Assembly (NCBI GenBank): GCA_964347135.1
Contig: CAYFXA010000003.1
Coordinates: forward strand, 1 to 63,970
Source of the DNA: an uncultured Gammaproteobacteria bacterium
Lineage (GTDB): Bacteria > Patescibacteriota > Microgenomatia > PFEM01 > JAHIFH01
Length of the DNA: 63,970 bases
Direction of reading: 5' to 3'
Of this stretch, positions 1 to 8,929 are shown in pieces (within the stretch, counting starts at the first letter, position 1; the number at the start of each line of letters is the position of its first letter). The notes below the pieces were generated by a model. That model was given only the letters and a program-made list of their open reading frames with translations. It was not told the origin of the DNA and did no database searches. The position numbers were made by a program, and so were the translations under genes.

Positions 1-140
1 TAAAAACTTGCCTCAGCCAAACCATCAGCATTGGTCACATCCCAAAACTCAACCACTAAATGCTTTTTAACTTTATTGCCTAGTTGCTTGGCAGCAGGGC
101 ATTGATAGCATCCTGGTTGAGTAAAAACCTTAAGAATCAT
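1..140 (-). CDS. glutaredoxin/NrdH-like thioredoxin-fold protein, N-terminal part only (continues past left edge)
   Basis: Not in the ORF track because it is open at the window edge. The reverse complement of 1-140 reads ATG(140-138) MILKVFTQPGCYQCPAAKQLGNKVKKHLVVEFWDVTNADGLAEASF. A CxxC (CYQC) directly after a short beta-strand-like N-terminus is the glutaredoxin/NrdH pattern. The start overlaps the nrdD stop by 11 nt. Confidence 0.6.
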   Translation of the reverse strand, partial: MILKVFTQPGCYQCPAAKQLGNKVKKHLVVEFWDVTNADGLAEASF

Positions 141-2235
141 CTAAGGCTCCCTTATTTTTATACCTCTCCCCTAATTCCTGAATTTTTCCTTTATTCCAGC
201 GGCTAGTTAAACTAAAAAACCCTGAAACCCGAGTCATGTGGTCAACATCCGAGCTTTTACAGGAAGGGCATTTTGCTTTCAGGCCGCGGGAAGTTTTTTT
301 GCAGGCTCCACACAAAGTGAATTCTGGAGAGAAGGCAATCAGCTGGCTTTGGGTATTTTCCCAGGTTTTTTTAACGAAATTGGCAATAGACTTTGTTGAA
401 GGATTTTGCTCCCCAATCCAAACATGGGTCATTGCTCCTGCATCAATTAAAGGATGAAAAAGCCCTTCGCGCGTCACTCTTTCAATTGGATCCATTGAAA
501 CACTCACATTCATCTGGCTCGAATTGGTGTAATAAACCGCTCCTGTTTTTTGATTACCTTGAACCACTCGCGGGGTCTGTTTTGGAAACCACTGCATGTC
601 CAACTTGGCTAATCGATAGGAAACACCCTCTGCTGGTGTTTGTTCAAGACAAACCCTAATCTTCAGCTTTTTACTTTGCTTTTTGGCATAAAGGTTCATA
701 AAAGAAATAACCCGCAAACCAAATTTCAAGGCTTCATCTGACTCGTGAAGCTCCTTGCCGGTATGGTGCTGAACCATTTCATTTAAAGCATAGATCGTGG
801 TTAATTCAACCGAGCGGTTAAATCGATAAAAAGGATAAGGATCACCTTTATGGCGAACGCATAAAGCCGCTAAAGGACCTCTGTTTCCCAAATCTAAAAT
901 CTTTTTTATGAATTTTCTCTTTTGTAAATGAGCCTGGCCAATCAAATCCATTCTTTTCTTAAGAAGAGAAAAGAGCTTGTTCTCATTACGATTTGCCTCA
1001 TAAGCAATTCTGGGAAGATTAACCGTTACCCAGCTGGTAGCGCTATGCCTCATTAACTCTGGTTTCTTAGTTTCTGCCAGGTCATGCTTATCTAATTTAA
1101 AAGAAAGCCGACAACATTGGGCAATTCTAACGCTACTTCCCCGGTCAAAAAAGAATTCGGTATTGCCTCTCTCGGCTGCCACTTTAGCCGCTAATTCCAA
1201 CAATTCCTCGTGGCCCGGAGTTTGCCAAAATTTTTCCGTCATATGAAAGTTTGGTTTTGGCCAAAAAAATGGCCTTCCAGAACCATCACCTTTAAGGTAT
1301 TCTTCAAATAAAGCAATCAAAAATCGCTGGCTTTCCTTTTCATAATCCCCATAGGTTTTACCAGTATATTTTCCACCAGGCCCCATTGCTGGTGTTTTTT
1401 GGTAATGAGGCGGCACTTCCCAGTAAAGATTAATATCTGAAAAAACTGGTTGGCTGCCTTTAGCCACGTTTTGGTTGTTAAACTCAAAAATCATCATCTG
1501 GGCGAGTTGTTTAATATCTTTGTCTGAGAGTCCTTTTAAAAATGGGGCAAGAAACATGTTGACTGCTTCATAGCCGATGGCACCAGAAAAATGAATTTGA
1601 AGCATTGCCGCAAATCTAATTAGCTGGAGAATAAAAACATCAGGGTGTTTGGCAGGCTTAGCAAGAGAAAATGAGGCCGGGGGAACTAAGCCATATTTTT
1701 TAACGTATTCAGGAGATTGCCCACTACAATAAGGGCGGTCAGGAAAATCAAGCTTGTGAAGATGAATATCTCCTTTAAGGTGGGCTTCAATAACTTTGGG
1801 TGAATGAACTTCACATAAAGCATAATCTTTTTTTATTTCCTGAGCCAAAGTAAGATTGGTTGTATCCGGTGTGTGGGGGTTGTTGGAACTCATTGCCTCA
1901 TCTTGAAGAAGCATGATATTGCCGACATCATAAAGAGGTACTCCCAAACGCTGGTATTTCTTGTGCTCCTGCTCCATCCCTCGACGAAGCAACTCTACAT
2001 TAACAAGCTCTCGAATTAAAGAAGCGGTTAGCGTCTCAAGTTTCATCCTTTTAATTTGGCGCTCAACCTTATTAGCCACATCTTGAGCTACCCTTTTTTT
2101 AATCCCCACTTCCCGAGTTAGAGATTTAACAATTGCCTTTTTGTTCCACTTGCCTAATTCATCCTCACTTGTTCTCACTCTTAAAGTCCGGTCGGCAATC
2201 TCGTCTTTTATTTTTTGAAGGTCAGATTTAATCAT
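130..2235 (-). CDS. nrdD: anaerobic ribonucleoside-triphosphate reductase (class III RNR)
   Basis: 701 aa. The C-terminal Cys4 ribbon (CGACKK...CPSCKS) is followed by the glycyl-radical motif TRVSGFF...WNKGK, as expected for NrdD. Confidence 0.9.
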   Translation of the reverse strand: MIKSDLQKIKDEIADRTLRVRTSEDELGKWNKKAIVKSLTREVGIKKRVAQDVANKVERQIKRMKLETLTASLIRELVNVELLRRGMEQEHKKYQRLGVPLYDVGNIMLLQDEAMSSNNPHTPDTTNLTLAQEIKKDYALCEVHSPKVIEAHLKGDIHLHKLDFPDRPYCSGQSPEYVKKYGLVPPASFSLAKPAKHPDVFILQLIRFAAMLQIHFSGAIGYEAVNMFLAPFLKGLSDKDIKQLAQMMIFEFNNQNVAKGSQPVFSDINLYWEVPPHYQKTPAMGPGGKYTGKTYGDYEKESQRFLIALFEEYLKGDGSGRPFFWPKPNFHMTEKFWQTPGHEELLELAAKVAAERGNTEFFFDRGSSVRIAQCCRLSFKLDKHDLAETKKPELMRHSATSWVTVNLPRIAYEANRNENKLFSLLKKRMDLIGQAHLQKRKFIKKILDLGNRGPLAALCVRHKGDPYPFYRFNRSVELTTIYALNEMVQHHTGKELHESDEALKFGLRVISFMNLYAKKQSKKLKIRVCLEQTPAEGVSYRLAKLDMQWFPKQTPRVVQGNQKTGAVYYTNSSQMNVSVSMDPIERVTREGLFHPLIDAGAMTHVWIGEQNPSTKSIANFVKKTWENTQSQLIAFSPEFTLCGACKKTSRGLKAKCPSCKSSDVDHMTRVSGFFSLTSRWNKGKIQELGERYKNKGALDDS

Positions 2236-2340
2236 CTTATTTTTCCTATTTTATCAATGTTAGCAACCCCTAACTTTAATTACCAAAATACACTTAAGTA
2301 ATCCTCAGAAAAGGGTGGCTTGATTCTGTAAGATAAAAAC

Positions 2341-2964
2341 TTACTGCCCTATTATTCCCATTACCCTTTGATGCCCCGTGCGAGCATATTGAAGGGCATT
2401 GTCATATACAGGTCTTAATTCGTTAGTAATTTTTTCCTCAAACCCCAACATCACCTCTTCGTGTTTAAGAGTGGCTTTGGATAACGTTTCTAAAAAGGCC
2501 GTTGTTTCTTTTCCTGCCTGATGAGCTACCCTTTCTTGATCAATCGCTTTTTCTAAATATTTTTCCGCTTTGGTTAAAGTAGACACCCCTAAATCAAGTT
2601 TATTTCCTTCGATTAAAGCTTTTGCCGCTCCCACGCGCTTGTCAGCGAACAAAAGATAAAGTTCGGCCTTTTTAAGCGGGTCGGTAGTAAAAAAAATTAA
2701 AATTCTGTCTCGAATCATTTTTAAAGGATAAAGCAAGTGATCAGGAAGAATTCCGGGATAAGGTAAAAAATAATCTACTTCTTTTTTTGCTGACTCAGTT
2801 GCCTGCCCTGAAACTGACTCGGTTGCCTCCTCTTCAGTAACCACCTCTAATTTATAACTTTCACTCTCCGACTGGGCAACGGTTTGCCAAACCGATGCTC
2901 CAAAAACACCTGCCACAAAAACCAATAAAGCCATTACCAAAGTTACATTTCTTAATACTCTCAT
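2341..2964 (-). CDS. hypothetical membrane-anchored/secreted helical protein
   Basis: 207 aa with an N-terminal hydrophobic helix (VTLVMALLVFVAGVFGA), an acidic linker and a helical C-terminal part. No catalytic motif recognised. Confidence 0.5.
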   Translation of the reverse strand: MRVLRNVTLVMALLVFVAGVFGASVWQTVAQSESESYKLEVVTEEEATESVSGQATESAKKEVDYFLPYPGILPDHLLYPLKMIRDRILIFFTTDPLKKAELYLLFADKRVGAAKALIEGNKLDLGVSTLTKAEKYLEKAIDQERVAHQAGKETTAFLETLSKATLKHEEVMLGFEEKITNELRPVYDNALQYARTGHQRVMGIIGQ

Positions 2965-3031
2965 CTTTCACCCCCTTTCTGGATACTCCTTAGTTAAACT
3001 ATTATACCAAATCAACTCTCAGCACAAATTC

Positions 3032-3061
3032 TTGACATTTAACACTTAACCCTCATATGAT
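3032..3061 (+). promoter_or_regulatory. sigma70-like promoter, near-leaderless
   Basis: TTGACA (3032-3037), 18-nt spacer, TATGAT (3056-3061). The ATG at 3070 lies only 8 nt downstream of the -10 box. Confidence 0.4.
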
Positions 3062-3069
3062 TAAACCAG

Positions 3070-5124
3070 ATGCGTCAATATTTTACAACCAAAAATATTC
3101 CAGCAATCGTTAGTCTTTTTGCTTTTCTTCTTGCTCTTCCTGCCACAATTTTTCTCGTTCAGCAAAAACAATTTTATATTGGAAAAGCAGCTGAAAATGC
3201 CAGTTTAACTTTAGCTGCCCCTAAAATTGTTGGCCCAGGACAAAAATTTACTGTAGAAATAAAGCTTGATACTGGCAACCGGTCAATTCCTACTACTGGT
3301 ACTGATGTCATCTTAGAATATGATTCGTCTCCTTCTCTTTCAGAATCAGCCTTAATTGAGCCTTTAAAAATCACCCCAGGCAACACTTATGATACCTATC
3401 CTATCCAAGAAATTGACACAGAAAGCCAAACAATTAGAATCTCGGGTTCTGCTTCAAGTTTAAACAAGTATTTTACTGGTGCTGGTACTTTTGCTTCCAT
3501 CGAATTTCAGGCCCTTCAAGTTGGCTCAGCCAACCTCCGCTTCGTTTGGAGGGAAGGAGCTACTAACGAAACCAATATAGTTGGTCTTGTTGAAGGCCAA
3601 CCTCAAGAAAGGCTAACTTCCCAACCTGCTATGATCTACATAGACATCACTGAGCAAACTCTAAGTTGGGTTAATATGCATACCAACTGCCAACTTGATA
3701 AGATTCTTGATGGTGATATTTGTGACTTCTCTGCTCTTGCCTACACTGCCAACAACCAACCCATTTGGTCAGGTGTCAGATATGAATGGGGTATTTCGTC
3801 CGACAACTCAATTGGCACTCTTTCTCAAGTTTACGGAAATATGACCCAATTTAAGGCGCAAAACCCAGGTGAAGGCGATGTTTATGTCATAGCCAAACAA
3901 GGTGACCTCATGGAAGCAGCTGGGAGACATTTAACTGTTATTCCTCGTCCCCCTATTACCCCTTCACCTTTGCCTTCACCCTCTCCACCACCAACTTGTC
4001 AACCCGAGACTCTAAATGTTCCTTTCAATAAGGGAACTAGCGGAACAACGACTGTCAATTATTATCAAGACTGCCTTACCATTGGGATCACCGGAGTTGG
4101 TCAAGCTTCAGGAAAAGAGTGGAGCGATGCTTTCTATGTTTATACCGACAGCCAAGGTAACCCTCTGCCAAACCCGATTCATTATACCCTCAAGTATAAT
4201 TGGACCCTTTGGATAAATGGACGGTCAGCGGAATACCTTATTCCCAATCAAGAAATTCCACCCTACAACTCCAACCATACTTATAATTTTACTGTTTGTC
4301 TGCCTGAACAAACTAAATTGATCTTTGGAGTGGGTGATATTTGGACTGTAGATAATACTGGCGCTTACACTATTCTTACTTGTGGTCCCATATCTCCCCC
4401 AACAAAGTTTGGATGTTGGAAAGAATGTAGTGCTGATGATGATTGTTTTGAAGACCTCAATTGTCTAAAAGTCGATGGAGTTAACCGTTGTGCTAACCCT
4501 GATTGTCCGGAAGAAAAAAATTGTATTTGTCCCCTTCCTCCCCAAACTCCAATTCCCACTCCGCTACCTTCACCTTACCCCAGTCCCTCACCAACTGCTT
4601 CACCAACAGCTTCCCCCACACCAACTCCTCCTGCTCTACTTAACTTTTCTCTTTTCCTTGAAGGACGAGGTCCAATTGGCTTTGCCACTAATGTAACTAT
4701 TTATGGCTCTTACACGATTGACGTGGTTCATGCCTTTCATCCTCTAGGTTCAACCCAAACAGACATTACGGGAAGTGGAACACTCGCTCTTGGCAATGAA
4801 CATATTGGTAGGACCTACAAGCTCTTTGCCCGAACCCCTAGTCATTTAAGAAAAGCGTCATTTTCCGCCATTACCATTCAGGAAGGCAGCAATTACGTTG
4901 AATTCGGCAATCTTATTCCTGGCGACCTTTTTATTCCCCTTGGTGGAAACGAACAGGATAACCTTATTAATAACTTCGACGTTGCTGAACTTTTCCAAAA
5001 ATGGGGACCAACCGGAACTCCCTTTCCACCAGCTCCGGCTGACCTTAATGGTGACGGAGCAGTTAATACCTGGGATTTAAAGCTTGTTTTCGATAATTTT
5101 GGTCGGAGTGGCGATAATCCTTAA
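3070..5124 (+). CDS. large surface protein with a cohesin-like domain, Ig-like domain, Pro-rich linkers, Cys-rich module and C-terminal dockerin-like repeat
   Basis: 684 aa with an N-terminal TM/signal helix. The cohesin-like segment is GQKFTVEIKLDTGN..GTDVILEYD. Linkers are PSPLPSPSPPPT and PTPLPSPYPSPSPTASPTASPTPTPP. The Cys-rich block is CWKECSADDDCFEDLNCLKVDGVNRCANPDCPEEKNCIC. The C-terminal DLNGDGAVNTWDLKLVFDNFG matches the dockerin EF-hand-like repeat. Confidence 0.6.
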   Translation: MRQYFTTKNIPAIVSLFAFLLALPATIFLVQQKQFYIGKAAENASLTLAAPKIVGPGQKFTVEIKLDTGNRSIPTTGTDVILEYDSSPSLSESALIEPLKITPGNTYDTYPIQEIDTESQTIRISGSASSLNKYFTGAGTFASIEFQALQVGSANLRFVWREGATNETNIVGLVEGQPQERLTSQPAMIYIDITEQTLSWVNMHTNCQLDKILDGDICDFSALAYTANNQPIWSGVRYEWGISSDNSIGTLSQVYGNMTQFKAQNPGEGDVYVIAKQGDLMEAAGRHLTVIPRPPITPSPLPSPSPPPTCQPETLNVPFNKGTSGTTTVNYYQDCLTIGITGVGQASGKEWSDAFYVYTDSQGNPLPNPIHYTLKYNWTLWINGRSAEYLIPNQEIPPYNSNHTYNFTVCLPEQTKLIFGVGDIWTVDNTGAYTILTCGPISPPTKFGCWKECSADDDCFEDLNCLKVDGVNRCANPDCPEEKNCICPLPPQTPIPTPLPSPYPSPSPTASPTASPTPTPPALLNFSLFLEGRGPIGFATNVTIYGSYTIDVVHAFHPLGSTQTDITGSGTLALGNEHIGRTYKLFARTPSHLRKASFSAITIQEGSNYVEFGNLIPGDLFIPLGGNEQDNLINNFDVAELFQKWGPTGTPFPPAPADLNGDGAVNTWDLKLVFDNFGRSGDNP

Positions 5125-5125
5125 T

Positions 5126-5680
5126 ATGAGAAAGTTTTTACTCGTTTTAGGGTTAGTTATTCTTTTTTTGTTTTCCAACCAAGAAATTTTGGCTGCTTCT
5201 CTTAATCTTTCCTCTTCTAATTCCACACCACAGGTTGGCGAAGAGTTTTGGGTTGAGGTCTACCTTGATACCCAAAACCAAGCAACTTTAGGAACAGACG
5301 TTATCTTAATTTTTGATCCTCAATTTTTTGAAGCAAAGGAAATCCAAGAAGGAGTCATTTATCCTTCCTATCCAGGCAAAAAAATTGATAATGAGCAAGG
5401 GAAAATTTTCCTTTCTGGGGTAGCTAACTACGGTGCGCCTGTCTCCATCTCAGGTGTTTTGGGAAAAATCAAATTTATGCCTAAAAAACAGGGAAAAGGA
5501 GAAATTTCTTTTGCTTGGGAACCCGGAAGAACTGATCTTACTAACATCGTTCCTTATCAGGGAAGTGATAATCTGCTTAGTCAAGCACCTCAAACTCTAG
5601 GTCTTCAAATTGAAAAACAAACCTTAATAGGAAAAATAATTGAATTGATAAGGAGATTAATCCGCTCTCTTCCCTTCTAA
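5126..5680 (+). CDS. secreted cohesin-domain protein
   Basis: Start moved to the ATG at 5126 (MRKFLLVLGLVILFLF signal-like helix), 1 nt after the upstream stop. VGEEFWVEVYLDTQNQATLGTDVILIFDPQFFEAKEIQEG...GVLGKIKFMPKKQGKGEISFAW resembles a cohesin fold and the N-domain of the upstream gene. Confidence 0.55.
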   Translation: MRKFLLVLGLVILFLFSNQEILAASLNLSSSNSTPQVGEEFWVEVYLDTQNQATLGTDVILIFDPQFFEAKEIQEGVIYPSYPGKKIDNEQGKIFLSGVANYGAPVSISGVLGKIKFMPKKQGKGEISFAWEPGRTDLTNIVPYQGSDNLLSQAPQTLGLQIEKQTLIGKIIELIRRLIRSLPF

Positions 5681-5681
5681 A

Positions 5682-5873
5682 TCAACCCTGACTTTTTTTA
5701 AACCTCGCAAAGCTCCGGTCATAAGTCTTTTCTATCTCAGGCGAGAAGCAACAAGCCGGCAATTCATCTCTGCTTAGATGATATTTTAAACAGTCACAGC
5801 ATTTCCCTTTTCTTGGACAACCAGGATAGGTGCAGGGACATTCCTTTATATTTTCGTCAAGTTTACACTCCAT
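5682..5873 (-). CDS. small conserved cysteine-rich protein (CxC..C..CC.C type; possibly DUF6485-like)
   Basis: 63 aa: MECKLDENIKECPCTYPGCPRKGKCCDCLKYHLSRDELPACCF. 10 Cys sit in the first 42 residues. The family name is from memory only. Confidence 0.55.
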   Translation of the reverse strand: MECKLDENIKECPCTYPGCPRKGKCCDCLKYHLSRDELPACCFSPEIEKTYDRSFARFKKSQG

Positions 5874-5874
5874 C

Positions 5875-6561
5875 TCACCTAAATAAAACTATGGGCCAGC
5901 TCCAAAAAACGTGCAATAAAATCGCGGAAACAATATTTTCGCTTCTAGCAAAAACAAAAGCTGCACCAAACCCATAAACAAAAACAAAGAAAAGATACCC
6001 AAGCATAACCAGTGGGGTATAGCCCAGAACAAAAATGCCAATGGGTAAGTGAATCAGGGCAAAAAGAAAAGCAGAAAGAAAGTTAGCCAACCACTCGTTT
6101 TTCCAAATTCGCCACAAACGAGTAAAAATATAGCCACGAAAAACCGTTTCTTCAGAAAAAGCGGTAGCAAAAGAAAGCAAAACTAAACCTACTAAAGTCA
6201 AAGAAGAATAACCAGTTTCAGGCAAGTGCAGTCCTTGATATTTTAAAATGTTTGTTACCAACCCCTCGGCAGCAAAAATAATTCCCAAACCAATTCCCCA
6301 ATAAAGAGCCGGAAAGAGATTTTTTTTAGTAAAACCCAGAGATGCAAATTTCCCTTTCTCAATTTTGCGAACCACCCAAAAAGTGGGTAAAAGCCAAATA
6401 AGTGGTTTAAGAATTAGCTCTTCCGCCCATTGAGGAAGAACTTCGGGAAAGTAACGATAAAGAGACCAAAAAGCAAAAATAAAACAAAAAAGAGAAAAAA
6501 CGTGCTTGATAGAGAGTTGTTCGCGATGAAAGATTTTATCAAAAACTCTTTGGAATATCAT
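5875..6561 (-). CDS. CPBP family intramembrane glutamic endopeptidase (CAAX protease-like)
   Basis: 228 aa, polytopic. Motifs are EETVFRG (EExxxR), FALIHL (FxxxH) and LLHVFWSW. Confidence 0.8.
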   Translation of the reverse strand: MIFQRVFDKIFHREQLSIKHVFSLFCFIFAFWSLYRYFPEVLPQWAEELILKPLIWLLPTFWVVRKIEKGKFASLGFTKKNLFPALYWGIGLGIIFAAEGLVTNILKYQGLHLPETGYSSLTLVGLVLLSFATAFSEETVFRGYIFTRLWRIWKNEWLANFLSAFLFALIHLPIGIFVLGYTPLVMLGYLFFVFVYGFGAAFVFARSENIVSAILLHVFWSWPIVLFR

Positions 6562-6635
6562 TTTCTTACTTAAATTACACTGCGTTCTTCGAACTTGTAT
6601 AATTGTCGCTTCGCTCCAATTATACTAACTCTGAT

Positions 6636-6643
6636 GATATAAT
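6636..6643 (+). promoter_or_regulatory. extended -10 promoter element (TGaTATAAT), near-leaderless
   Basis: TGATATAAT ends at 6643 and the ATG of the PBP gene is at 6652 (8-nt gap). No convincing -35. Confidence 0.35.
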
Positions 6644-6651
6644 GTAAAGCC

Positions 6652-8907
6652 ATGAAACAGGTTAAATCACGAATCTTGAGCTTCAAAAAAGCGATTGACC
6701 AAAGAATCAAAAGGCTGCCCATTAAAAGGAGCTACAAAAAATTCCTTTTGGCTAATTGGGCCTTGCTTCTTATCTTTCTCTTAATTGGTTTGTTTCTCTA
6801 TTTCTTTATTTTTAAAGATTTACCTTTGCCGACTCGACTGGGATCGGAAATTCCCGCCTCAACTCTAATTTTTGACCGTCAAAACAACCTTCTCTACGAA
6901 ATTTATACCGAAAAAAACCGGGTTCCTGTTAAGCTAGAAGAATTGCCTGAATATCTCAAGCATGCCACGATTGCCATTGAAGATAAAAACTTTTATAAGC
7001 ACCGAGGATTTGCTTTTGAAGGAATCATTCGAGCGGCCACGAAAATCGTTTTTAAAAGAAAACTTGAAGGCGGTTCAACCATTACCCAGCAGCTCGTTAA
7101 AACCGCCCTTCTCTCACCAGAGCGGACTATTCGGAGAAAAATTAGAGAAGCACTGCTTGCAATGTTCACCGAAATTATTTATTCCAAAGACCAAATTTTG
7201 GAAATGTATCTTAACCAAGTCCCTTATGGTGGAACAGCGTATGGAATAGAAACCGCTGCTCAAACTTATTTTAATAAAAACGCTAAAGATTTAAGCCTGG
7301 CGGAAGCAGCGCTTTTAGCTGGTTTACCCGCTGCTCCCACTCGTTACTCCCCTTTTGGCACCCATCCCGAGGCCGCCAAAAACAGACAAGAGCTGGTTCT
7401 TAAGAGAATGACTGAAGATGGCTATATTACTGAAGAAGAAAGAAAAGCCGCAGAGGAAGAGGAATTAAATTTTGCTCCTCCCACAGTTGGCATTAAAGCC
7501 CCTCATCTTGTTCTCTATATTAAAGAACTTTTGGTGGAAAAATATGGTGAACCTTTGGTTGAACAGGGAGGTCTAAAAGTCACTACCACCCTTGACTTGG
7601 ATATCCAAGAGCTCGCTCAAGAGGTAGTCGCCACCGAGGTAGCCGAATTAGAAGAAAGAAAGCTCAATATTCATAACGGAGCTGCCCTAGTCACTAATCC
7701 CAATACTGGAGAAATTTTAGCCATGGTGGGCTCCCATGACTATTTTGATGACGAACATGACGGCAAAGTCAACGTCACTCTTAGCCACCGCCAGCCAGGT
7801 TCAGCTATTAAACCAATTAACTACGCCCTTGGTTTAATGAAAGGAACAATCACTCCGGCCACGGTTATTAATGACGTTCCCACTTGTTTCTCTGTCCCTG
7901 GGCAAAAGCTATATTGTCCGGTTAACTATGACGGTCAATTCCATGGTCCGGCTCAAGCGCGCTTCGCTTTGGGCAGCTCTTACAATCTACCAGCAGTCAA
8001 AGTCTTGGCAATGAACGGTCTTGAAGATTTCATTGCCACTGCTTCGGCAATGGGTATTACCACTTTTAAAGACCCCTCTCAATACGGTCTCTCTCTTACT
8101 TTGGGTGGTGGTGAGGTAAGGATGATTGACATGGCCACGGCTTTTTCTGCTTTCTCTAATCTTGGTATTCGCCAAGATGTTTACGCAATTGAAAAAGTTG
8201 AAGACCGTTATGGGAAAGTTCTTTATCAAAAGGAGGAGCAAGAAGGAGAGCGAGTTCTGCCAATGGGAGTGGCTTATCTTATTTCCCATATTCTTTTGGA
8301 TAATAATGCTCGCTCGGCTGCTTTTGGCACCAGCTCTTATTTAGTTATTAGAAACCATCCTGAAGTTTCGGTTAAAACAGGGACGACTAATGACAAGCGG
8401 GACAACTGGACAATTGGTTTTACTCCTTCCCGCTTGGTAGCGGTTTGGGTGGGCAATAATGATAATGAACCCATGAGTTATGTTGCTTCGGGCATCACCG
8501 GTGCCTCGCCAATTTGGAACCAAATCATGAGTTATGTTCTAAAAGATATGGAACAAGAATGGCCAATGAAACCAGAGGAGGTCGTTGGTGCTCAAGTCTG
8601 TGCTTTATCAGGAAAAGCACCTAATCCCGAGTCACCTTGCGAAACCCGGTTTGAATATTTTCTTAAAGGAACGGTTCCATCTGAAACCGAAAGTCTCAAA
8701 GCTTTTCTTGAAATCGATAAAACCACTGGTCAAATCGCTACTGATAAAACACCGCCTGAAAACAAAGAAGTTCAAGAACATCCGGTTATCTTTGACCCCC
8801 TTGGTGTTCCCTATTGCCTTGATTGTCCCTTTCCTACTGAAAGGGTAATTATTAGTCCCTACGCTCCTTCGCCAATAATTCAAACTCCCCCTTCACCTCA
8901 GCCTTAA
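6652..8907 (+). CDS. bifunctional class A penicillin-binding protein (PBP1A, GT51 transglycosylase + transpeptidase)
   Basis: 751 aa. GT51 motifs are EDKNFYKHRGF and GGSTITQQL. Transpeptidase motifs are SAIKP (SxxK), SYN (SxN) and KTGTT. Confidence 0.9.
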   Translation: MKQVKSRILSFKKAIDQRIKRLPIKRSYKKFLLANWALLLIFLLIGLFLYFFIFKDLPLPTRLGSEIPASTLIFDRQNNLLYEIYTEKNRVPVKLEELPEYLKHATIAIEDKNFYKHRGFAFEGIIRAATKIVFKRKLEGGSTITQQLVKTALLSPERTIRRKIREALLAMFTEIIYSKDQILEMYLNQVPYGGTAYGIETAAQTYFNKNAKDLSLAEAALLAGLPAAPTRYSPFGTHPEAAKNRQELVLKRMTEDGYITEEERKAAEEEELNFAPPTVGIKAPHLVLYIKELLVEKYGEPLVEQGGLKVTTTLDLDIQELAQEVVATEVAELEERKLNIHNGAALVTNPNTGEILAMVGSHDYFDDEHDGKVNVTLSHRQPGSAIKPINYALGLMKGTITPATVINDVPTCFSVPGQKLYCPVNYDGQFHGPAQARFALGSSYNLPAVKVLAMNGLEDFIATASAMGITTFKDPSQYGLSLTLGGGEVRMIDMATAFSAFSNLGIRQDVYAIEKVEDRYGKVLYQKEEQEGERVLPMGVAYLISHILLDNNARSAAFGTSSYLVIRNHPEVSVKTGTTNDKRDNWTIGFTPSRLVAVWVGNNDNEPMSYVASGITGASPIWNQIMSYVLKDMEQEWPMKPEEVVGAQVCALSGKAPNPESPCETRFEYFLKGTVPSETESLKAFLEIDKTTGQIATDKTPPENKEVQEHPVIFDPLGVPYCLDCPFPTERVIISPYAPSPIIQTPPSPQP

Positions 8908-8929
8908 AAAAATGTAAAATAAGAAACTA

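Noticed and set aside
3950-4640. Pro/Ser/Thr-rich tracts (also 61320-61560) as tandem DNA repeats
   Set aside because: These are codon-level low-complexity linkers (PSPSP, PTPLP, PKP) without exact nucleotide periodicity. They are protein linkers, not satellite-like repeats.
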